Origin: Candidatus Omnitrophota bacterium
Lineage (GTDB): Bacteria > Omnitrophota > Gorgyraeia > Gygaellales > Profunditerraquicolaceae
Length of the DNA stretch: 64,000 bases
Assembly (NCBI GenBank): GCA_041650835.1
Contig: JBAZKL010000002.1
Span: 270,477 to 334,476 of the forward strand
Direction: 5' to 3'
In this document: piece by piece, positions 57,516 through 64,000 of the stretch
Position numbering within the stretch: position 1 is the stretch's first letter
Layout of the letters: every line of letters starts with the position of its first letter
The notes under the pieces: model-generated
Databases searched by the model: none
What the model saw: the letters and a program-made list of their open reading frames with translations, nothing else
What the model was told of the DNA's origin: nothing
Position numbers and translations under genes: made by a program

Positions 57516-58559
57516 TTGAGCGCTGAAAAACATTTACAGGGCTTTGATACAATGCGCTTTTTCGCGATCTTTGCCGTTATCTGCATTCATACTTCGCCTT
57601 ACAATTTCAGCGCGGAGAAACTTGATAGCGGCGCCCTCTGGGCGCTTAATTTCATTATAGATAAACTCTGTCGCTTTGCCGTTCCGTACTTTTTCATCGT
57701 TTCCGGATATTTTTTCGGGAAATCCCTGCAAAAAAAACCGCCCTTTGCCGCCTTTAAACAATACGCGCGCAGGATATTCTCAATTTTTGCCGGCTGGGTA
57801 GTCCTTTACGGTATCATCACTGAAACAACATTGGTATCGATCCTTAAAAAAGGCTTCCCCGGGTATGTAAAAGCCTTCTTTACCGATACGGTCGGCTTTA
57901 TAGGAAACCACCCTGTTTTATTCCTGCTCCAGGGCAGCAGGCTGCATTTATGGTTCCTACCGGCGCTCATAATCGCTTTAGCGATCATTACCTGCTGCGT
58001 GGCAACCAAGAAAGAAAAATATGTTTTATACATATGCGCCGCACTCTATATTTTTGGTTTGCTTGCGGGTGTATATTCCAAATCGCCGATAGGCATTTCC
58101 CTGCACCTTAACGTGAGAAATGGGCCGTTTTTCGGGGCGATATTCACGGCGATCGGCTGGAAGCTCTCCGGCCGTAATTCCTTTAATTTCAGGATAGCGC
58201 TCTATATTTTATTGGCAGGAATGATCTTACAGCTGACTGAAGCATACTTTCTGGCAAGGTCTTTCGGCATCCAGAAATTCGATTTTAGCCTGGCGACCCT
58301 GCCGTTTGGTTTAGGAGCATTTCTCCTGGTATTAGCCCGTCCCTGCCTGGGAAAAAACAGCATTATTGAACGGTATTCTTCATTAACCTTAGGCATTTAC
58401 GTAAGTCATTATCTGATCCTCGAATCACTCATGCCAATACGCTTTTGGATCAATCCGCTCATCTATGATTCAAGCATAAGTTTTATTATTTTAATACTCT
58501 CTATAATCAGCGTAATGACGCTCAAGAAATACAAACCCACCAGGCACCTGGTTGAGTAA
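57516..58559 (+). CDS. Acyltransferase family 3 (OafA-like) membrane O-acyltransferase
   Basis: FDTMRFFAIFAVICIHTSPY N-terminus and about 10 TM helices. Confidence 0.7.
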   Translation: MSAEKHLQGFDTMRFFAIFAVICIHTSPYNFSAEKLDSGALWALNFIIDKLCRFAVPYFFIVSGYFFGKSLQKKPPFAAFKQYARRIFSIFAGWVVLYGIITETTLVSILKKGFPGYVKAFFTDTVGFIGNHPVLFLLQGSRLHLWFLPALIIALAIITCCVATKKEKYVLYICAALYIFGLLAGVYSKSPIGISLHLNVRNGPFFGAIFTAIGWKLSGRNSFNFRIALYILLAGMILQLTEAYFLARSFGIQKFDFSLATLPFGLGAFLLVLARPCLGKNSIIERYSSLTLGIYVSHYLILESLMPIRFWINPLIYDSSISFIILILSIISVMTLKKYKPTRHLVE

Positions 58560-58861
58560 TACATCTTTCATTCATACGCTTCATTAAAGAACGCTTTGTT
58601 TAAGCAGCGCTTTCCCCTTAAGCCGGTCCCGGTGTTTATAAAACGAATACGAGAAAATACTTATGAATACAATTTTCATCATTATTTCTCTTCTAAAAAA
58701 AGCAGCATGAAATAATCTAATGCTCCTGATCATAACCCCTTGTATAATAACAGGTATTAAAAACTGTAAAAAGAAGGGCCACACGCCATTCTTGGCACGG
58801 AATATGCTGCTTAAATGAATGGAGGAGTCTTTTCAAAATTTTTAACGAGCAACTCTCAAAT

Positions 58862-59965
58862 TTGAAAAGGGTTGCTTTTATTATTATGAGATACAAGAGA
58901 AAGATCGACCTTTTTATCCCGTTATGCTTAATCACCTGCCTTATTTGTTTTGCGGGAGGTTTTTTGTTTGCTGCGCTGCTGGCCAAGAAAACTCAACACA
59001 AAAAAGAAAGCAAACAGATCGAATATAAATGCAAGCTCGAAGGGATCAGCCAGAAGATCATTAATAACACGAATTTATCATTGGAAATCCTTGAAAAAAC
59101 TTCAAAGATCTGGAATGCCGCTTTAAAAGATAATCATGATTTCCAAGGCGCCATTGGAGATTTTATGCGGGATAATAAAAACCTCTATGAAACACTCCAA
59201 ACCAATCAAGCGCTTATTGAGATCGGTATCAATGATTTTAGAAAAGACGCGGGGACCAACCTCAATACTTCCGACATTCTCATGGAGCTTTATACTGTTT
59301 ATAAGAACGCCTACCAGCTTAACGGGAACAAAAACCTTAGCCTTGAAGCCTTGGATTCTCAAATACATGATTTAAAATCAGATTTTAAAACTTTGGTTAA
59401 AAACCTTAAGATCTATTTACCGGACTTGCAAACGTGCGAGCTTACCGATAAAACGACACTCTCCTCAAGCAACATCGAGATCACGAAGAATATGCCGTCA
59501 GAACCGACAGATGATCAACTCGCCTTAACCGGCTCAACTCCAGGGGCCGAAGAAGCAAGTATCCCGGAGCAAACAATCAATGCTTTTCCGGACCATAGCG
59601 ATAGCCAAACTATCCTCCCGGGAGAGCCTCAGTCCGATACCCAAAAGGCTGAAATCAACAAAATCGCCCGGATCAACAGCAGCGTTGACATAAAACAGTC
59701 CGAGCCATTACCGGAAACAACTAACCAGGCACCTCAAATAAACCCCGCAGATGAGGCGGCCAAATTTAAAATGCTCTCCTCGAATATGGGGTTTACTCAG
59801 GTTGAAAGATTATTGGGAGTTCCTCTCGTGAAGAATAAACTGCTCAAAAACAAGGAAGTATGGCATTATCCTTCTTTAAAAAGCGGTTTTCAGCATCAGG
59901 TTTTCTTCGTGGATACTAAATTTCTTAAATGGAAGCATGTTGCCCTAAAGACAAACCGCGAATAA
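58862..59965 (+). CDS. Membrane-anchored hypothetical protein with a BamE/SmpA-OmlA-like C-terminal domain
   Basis: N-terminal TM. The C-terminal …ERLLGVPLVKNKLLKNKEVWHYPS…VFFVD… resembles BamE-like lipoprotein folds. Weak assignment. Confidence 0.35.
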   Translation: MKRVAFIIMRYKRKIDLFIPLCLITCLICFAGGFLFAALLAKKTQHKKESKQIEYKCKLEGISQKIINNTNLSLEILEKTSKIWNAALKDNHDFQGAIGDFMRDNKNLYETLQTNQALIEIGINDFRKDAGTNLNTSDILMELYTVYKNAYQLNGNKNLSLEALDSQIHDLKSDFKTLVKNLKIYLPDLQTCELTDKTTLSSSNIEITKNMPSEPTDDQLALTGSTPGAEEASIPEQTINAFPDHSDSQTILPGEPQSDTQKAEINKIARINSSVDIKQSEPLPETTNQAPQINPADEAAKFKMLSSNMGFTQVERLLGVPLVKNKLLKNKEVWHYPSLKSGFQHQVFFVDTKFLKWKHVALKTNRE

Positions 59966-60127
59966 AATGCCTTTTACGAGTAATTTCAAGGCGCATACAA
60001 AACACTTCTAAAACACTATAGCAGGGATTCCCGCCGAAAATTTTTATTTTTAACTTGCAAAACCGCCATTAAAATAGTATATTATAGTACTGTGTTTTTA
60101 AGGAAAACTATTACCTTGAGTATGTTA

Positions 60128-60199
60128 GGGCCCATAGCTCAGTGGTAGAGCAGGTGACTCATAATCACTTGGTCGGAGGTTCGATACCTTCTGGGCCCA
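60128..60199 (+). tRNA. tRNA-Met (anticodon CAT). Elongator type. tRNA-Ile2 (lysidine) cannot be excluded
   Basis: Cloverleaf with a 7-bp acceptor stem GGGCCCA/TGGGCCC, anticodon loop CTCATAA and T-arm GGTTCGATACC. No encoded CCA. Confidence 0.85.
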
Positions 60200-60254
60200 T
60201 GGTATCTCATAAAAAGTACCGTTTATCACATTTTTCGAAGGCTTAAATAGTTTT

Positions 60255-60328
60255 GGGTGCATGGCTCAGTTGGTTAGAGCGCCACATTCACATTGTGGAG
60301 GTCGAAGGTCCGAGTCCTTCTGCGCCCA
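60255..60328 (+). tRNA. tRNA-Val (anticodon CAC)
   Basis: Acceptor stem GGGTGCA/TGCGCCC, anticodon stem CCACA/TGTGG with loop TTCACAT, T-arm GGTCCGAGTCC. Confidence 0.85.
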
Positions 60329-60373
60329 TTTATAACTTTATTTAAAGAAAAACTACCATAAAAGGAGCTCAGA

Positions 60374-61102
60374 TTGCCTACGGTCAATTTAAAAGAACAA
60401 CTTAAGATGCTCTCTGAATTACAGAAAATTGACAGTCAAATTTATAAGTTAAAAGAAAAAAAAGAGGTAATGCCCCAGGAAATAAATGCCTTAGAAGCGT
60501 CATTTGAAGAAAAGAAACAAAAACTCCAGGCCCTTGAGAAAACATCACTGGATCTTCAAAAACTAAAAAAAGAAAAAGATCTGGAGTTGGGCGTAAAAGA
60601 AGAAGCCACTAAGAAACTCCAGGGCCAGCTTTTCGCGCTTAAAACCAACAAAGATTACCATACGATGCTCCAGCAGATCAATGCCTCAAAAGCTGATGCC
60701 TCGGTGATTGAGGACCAGATCTTGGAATCATTCGAAAAGATCGATACGATCAAAAGCCAGATAGAACAAGAAAAACAGAATTTACAGCAGGAAGAAAAGA
60801 TCTTTCAAGACCAAAAAACACAAGTTCAAGGCAAGATAAAGGAAATCGACTCGCAGTTAACGCAATTAGAATCGCAAAGGGGTCATATCATTCCCGGCAT
60901 TGCTAAAAACATACTTACTCAGTATGAAAGAGTATTAGCCATCCGGGAAGGCCAGGCGATTGCCGGCATAAAAGATAATACGTGCCTGGGATGCCACATG
61001 AGCGTTTCCCCCCAAACTATCAATCTGGTGCAAATGTATGAGAACATCATTACCTGTGACGTCTGTAACCGGATATTGTATATAGAAGATACCCCTTCAT
61101 AA
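60374..61102 (+). CDS. COG1579-type zinc-ribbon / coiled-coil protein
   Basis: AAAGGAG then TTG start. Long coiled coil followed by C-terminal CLGCHM…CDVC. Confidence 0.6.
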   Translation: MPTVNLKEQLKMLSELQKIDSQIYKLKEKKEVMPQEINALEASFEEKKQKLQALEKTSLDLQKLKKEKDLELGVKEEATKKLQGQLFALKTNKDYHTMLQQINASKADASVIEDQILESFEKIDTIKSQIEQEKQNLQQEEKIFQDQKTQVQGKIKEIDSQLTQLESQRGHIIPGIAKNILTQYERVLAIREGQAIAGIKDNTCLGCHMSVSPQTINLVQMYENIITCDVCNRILYIEDTPS

Positions 61103-61139
61103 CCGCACGTATGCATGAGCTCAAAGGCAATAAATCATC

Positions 61140-61547
61140 ATGAAAGAGCTGACGATCTACATTGACGGGGCATCAAAAGGAAATCCCGGGCACAGCGGGA
61201 TAGGAATAGTCATCTGGCACAACGGCCAGGTGATCAAGAATATTTCTCATTATATCGGATTGGCGACAAACAATATCGCGGAATATTCAGCCTTTATTTG
61301 CGGGCTGCAGGAATGCCTTCTCTTAAAAGCTGACCGCGTAGATTTCTATACCGATAGCGAGCTGTTATTCCGCCAGATACGTAAGGTTTACAAGGTAAAA
61401 AACCCGCATATCCAGGCATTGTACGATCAGGCGGTACGCCTGATATCCGGTTTTCAAGGCTTTACGATACAGCATATACCGCGGGAGAAAAACCAGGATG
61501 CTGACGCGCTGGCAACGAAAGCGGTAAAAGAAACGCTCAAGAAATAA
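61140..61547 (+). CDS. rnhA: Ribonuclease H (RNase HI fold)
   Basis: IYIDGASKGNPGHSGIGIV…E…D…D… catalytic DEDD-type arrangement. 135 aa. Confidence 0.6.
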   Translation: MKELTIYIDGASKGNPGHSGIGIVIWHNGQVIKNISHYIGLATNNIAEYSAFICGLQECLLLKADRVDFYTDSELLFRQIRKVYKVKNPHIQALYDQAVRLISGFQGFTIQHIPREKNQDADALATKAVKETLKK

Positions 61548-61567
61548 TTCAGTATTCTTTGACAATG

Positions 61568-62060
61568 AGGGCAGGCAGAAGGTGATCACCCCAGATATCC
61601 TGCATATCGGGGAGGAAAGTCCGGGCTCCAGAGGATAACGCGCTCTTTAAGCAAGAGCACTGTTGCGTTTTTTAGAAATAAAAAACGGCGCAGTCGGGAA
61701 AGTGCCACAGAAAATAAACTTCCTTACTGCTTTACCGCGGTGAGGTAAAGGTGAAAAGGCAGTGTAAGAGACTACCGTAAGCCATAGCGATATGGTTTGC
61801 ACGGAAAACCCCGCGCGGAGCAAGGTAAAATAGTTCTATCCATTATTCCGGATTTTCCGGAGTAGATAAGAATGATCCGTTTGAAATCCCAACGCTTACC
61901 GCGGGGGGATGGGTAGAAGGGTTTACTGCTTGAGTCCCCCTGGCAACAGAGGGATCGAGAGAAATGATCGCCATAACCACAGAAATAACGCTCAATTCGC
62001 ATGAGTTTACCTTACTCGATTTATGTGGTTATACAAAACTCGGCTTATCTCTGCCTGTTC
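61568..62060 (+). ncRNA. rnpB: RNase P RNA, bacterial type A, unusually long
   Basis: P4 5' strand GGGGAGGAAAGTCCGGGCTCCA at 61617-38. P4 3' strand ACAAAACTCGGCTTATC at 62033-49. GGTAAAGGTGAAAAGGCAGTGTAAGAG and CGGAGCAAGGTAAAATAG motifs. P1 pairs 61572-79 with 62050-57. Confidence 0.7.
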
Positions 62061-62185
62061 TTTTTTATATCAGGTAACAGTTTATACCGGATCTTCGGGC
62101 CAGAGCTACGCTTTGAGCCGGAATTGAAAAGGATTATAGACTTTAAACAAATAAAACGTTAATTGAAATCAATAAGGAGGAAATC

Positions 62186-62944
62186 ATGTCAGGTCATTCT
62201 AAATGGGCTGGAATTAAACACAAAAAAGCAGCCACAGACGCAAAAAAAGGCGCAGTTTATACAAAATTAATCAAAGAAATCACCATGGCCGCGCGCGATG
62301 GCGGCGGTAACCCGGAAATGAACTCAAGCCTTCGAGCCGCGATTGCAAAGGCCAGAGAACAAAATATGCCTTCTGACAACGTCAAAATGGCGATCAAGCG
62401 CGGCACCGGAGAACTCCCGGGAGTCACCTACGAGTCAATCATGTACGAATCTTACGGGCCGGGAGGAGTTGCGATCTTGATCGAAGCCTTCACCGATAAT
62501 AAAAACCGCACAACCGCTGAAGTGCGGAATATTTTATCAAAAAAAGGCGGCAGTATGTCAGGGACAGGCGCGGTAAACTGGATGTTCTCTAAAAAAGGCT
62601 ACATCCTCATCGACAAAAAAGAAGTCGCCGAAGACGAATTAATGAACATCGCCCTTGATGCCGGAGCCGAAGACATAAAACAGGACGATAAGAATTTTGA
62701 GATCTTTACGGTTCCCGCTGACCTGGAAAAAGTAAAGCAAGCGCTTCAGGCGAAAGGTGTCAAATGGCAGACCGCAGAACTCACCATGCTTCCGTCATCA
62801 TCGATCAAATTAGCAGGGCCGGAAGCAAAACAGGTATTAACTTTGATCGAGGCGCTTGAAAACCATGATGACGTGCAGGCAGTCTATGCCAATTTTGATA
62901 TCCCTGATGAAATATTAGAGCAAATAGCTTCTTCTAATCAATAG
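62186..62944 (+). CDS. yebC: YebC/PmpR-family transcriptional regulator
   Basis: [16 protein letters not shown]-terminus diagnostic of YebC. Confidence 0.9.
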   Translation: MSGHSKWAGIKHKKAATDAKKGAVYTKLIKEITMAARDGGGNPEMNSSLRAAIAKAREQNMPSDNVKMAIKRGTGELPGVTYESIMYESYGPGGVAILIEAFTDNKNRTTAEVRNILSKKGGSMSGTGAVNWMFSKKGYILIDKKEVAEDELMNIALDAGAEDIKQDDKNFEIFTVPADLEKVKQALQAKGVKWQTAELTMLPSSSIKLAGPEAKQVLTLIEALENHDDVQAVYANFDIPDEILEQIASSNQ

Positions 62945-62987
62945 CTGATTTGATATAATTGATATAACAAGAAGACACGGCCAACGC

Positions 62988-63497
62988 ATGAGAATCATAG
63001 GAATCGACCCGGCATTAGCAATTACCGGCTACGGTATCATTGATTGCTGCAAAAACAGGGTATCATTGCTAAAAGCAGGAGCGGTCATCACACTCTACCG
63101 GCAAAGATTGCCCGAACGTTTAAATATAATTTATGAAAAAATACTTGCATTGATCTCTGAATACAAACCGGATGTTCTGGTCCTTGAAAAAGTCTATGTG
63201 CATTACCATCATCAGACAACGGCATTCCTTTTAGGCCAGGCACGCGGGATCATCTGCCTTGCCTGCGCGAAGGGGAATATACCCCTGAAGGAATATGCAG
63301 CTACACAGATAAAAAAAGCGATTGTAGGCAAAGGGCAGGCTTCAAAAGAACAAGTCCAACACATGGTGCTGCGCACCTTAAAGCTCAAAAGTATTCCCCG
63401 GTATCACGACGTAACTGACGCTTTGGCATTAGCCCTGGCGTACAGTTATTTTGAAAAAGCTGATTCGCTTATAAAACAAGGGTCATCAAAAGCATGA
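62988..63497 (+). CDS. ruvC: Crossover junction endodeoxyribonuclease RuvC
   Basis: MRIIGIDPALAITGYGII with catalytic D/E/D/D positions conserved. Confidence 0.9.
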   Translation: MRIIGIDPALAITGYGIIDCCKNRVSLLKAGAVITLYRQRLPERLNIIYEKILALISEYKPDVLVLEKVYVHYHHQTTAFLLGQARGIICLACAKGNIPLKEYAATQIKKAIVGKGQASKEQVQHMVLRTLKLKSIPRYHDVTDALALALAYSYFEKADSLIKQGSSKA

Positions 63498-64000
63498 TCA
63501 CCGGCATTTCAGGCACAATAGTTGAAAAAGGACCGAATTATATCCTCATCTCAACCGGAGGATTTACCTATGAAGTCTTGATACCGGTAACCGTCATGCA
63601 ACGGTTAGGGGAAGGTATATCTGCCGATAATACGATCAAACTTATTACGTATCACTATTTACAGGTTGACCAATCAAAAAGCATACCTGTGCTCATCGGA
63701 TTCTTAAATGAGCTGGAGAAAGAATTTTTCGAGATCTTTATTACCGTTTCGGGGATCGGGCCCCGGGCAGCCCTCAAAGCGTTGAATCAGCCGATCTCTT
63801 TGATCGCCCAGGCCATTGATGAAGCTAATATTGAATTCTTAAAATCGCTGCCGGGAATAGGGCAGCAGCGCGCCAAAGAAATTATCGCGAAGCTGCAAAA
63901 TAAAATCGGGAAATTCGGCCTTATCCAGGACTCCGCAGACAAGGCCAAGCCGGAAAGCGCTCTGCCCATTGAAGAAGAAGCGTTGGCTGTATTAATGCAG
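63494..64000 (+). CDS. ruvA: Holliday junction helicase subunit RuvA, N-terminal part; continues beyond the window
   Basis: MITGISGTIVEKGPNYILISTGGFTYEV… OB-fold start, then HhH motifs …LPGIGQQRAKEII…. The ATGA overlap with ruvC is classic. Confidence 0.85.
   Translation, partial: MITGISGTIVEKGPNYILISTGGFTYEVLIPVTVMQRLGEGISADNTIKLITYHYLQVDQSKSIPVLIGFLNELEKEFFEIFITVSGIGPRAALKALNQPISLIAQAIDEANIEFLKSLPGIGQQRAKEIIAKLQNKIGKFGLIQDSADKAKPESALPIEEEALAVLMQ

Noticed and set aside
58560-58861. 300-bp AT-rich intergenic region with two small minus-strand ORFs (66 and 89 aa), as a possible small gene or sRNA locus.
   Set aside because: I found no RBS, no repeat, no conserved RNA motif and no clear hairpin-terminator pair. 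It could still hide an sRNA, but the sequence offers nothing positive to report.
60128-60199. Whether the CAT tRNA is the initiator tRNA-fMet.
   Set aside because: The anticodon stem is GGTGA/TCACT and lacks the three consecutive G-C pairs of initiators. Position 1:72 forms a normal G-C pair. It therefore looks like elongator Met, or Ile2 if modified to lysidine.
61772-62002. 76-aa minus-strand ORF.
   Set aside because: Falls inside the RNase P RNA gene, antisense to the conserved motifs.

Overview
64-kb window, about 45% GC, from a diderm (Gram-negative) bacterium whose lineage I cannot place. Several cyanobacteria-type families (acyl-ACP-reductase-like, Ycf35/DUF1257, DUF2997) sit in an otherwise non-photosynthetic context. 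Every gene I can support lies on the + strand, about 75 calls, mostly tightly packed or with 1-4 nt start/stop overlaps. Content from start to end: (1) 1-1756: an AAA+ ATPase C-terminal fragment, a double zinc-ribbon membrane protein, DUF1257 and DUF2997. (2) 1781-8145: housekeeping valS, nadC, uvrB, coaX. (3) 8253-27244: a promoter-led block of about 19 kb that I read as a lipid-tailoring plus signalling supercluster. It holds an HTH regulator, two acyl-ACP-reductase (AAR)-like proteins, a PlsC-type acyltransferase, a B12-binding radical-SAM enzyme, a receiver protein, two hotdog thioesterases, two ICMT-like and one class-I methyltransferase, a DUF2079 membrane protein, a methyltransferase-GT2 fusion and three paralogous 7TM-GAF histidine kinases. 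One AAR-like protein is fused to an SRPBCC lipid-binding domain. The other lacks the putative catalytic Cys. Two of the kinases are a recent near-identical duplication. (4) 28642-40255: a complete T2SS/type-IV-pilus-like cluster, gspEFGHIJK, a pilM-pilN fusion, pilO, an inserted merR plus exeA-like AAA ATPase, a pilP/gspC-like gene and a secretin whose C-terminus carries a TonB-C-like domain. (5) 40322-45227: receiver plus GAF-HD-GYP, three membrane-lipid glycosyl/acyl transferases and pcm. (6) 45755-56511: cobO, S4-crcB-DUF190, then a cobalamin regulon with two cobalamin riboswitches, btuFCD, cobC, cobU, cobT, cobS, a Dph6-like PP-loop ATPase and btuB. (7) A hairpin-forming tandem repeat family is present at 38.1 kb and 56.6 kb, each time directly upstream of a gene encoding a TonB-C-like domain. 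(8) 56814-64000: tonB, an OafA-like acyltransferase, tRNA-Met(CAT), tRNA-Val(CAC), a COG1579 zinc-ribbon protein, RNase H, an unusually long RNase P RNA, yebC, ruvC and the start of ruvA.
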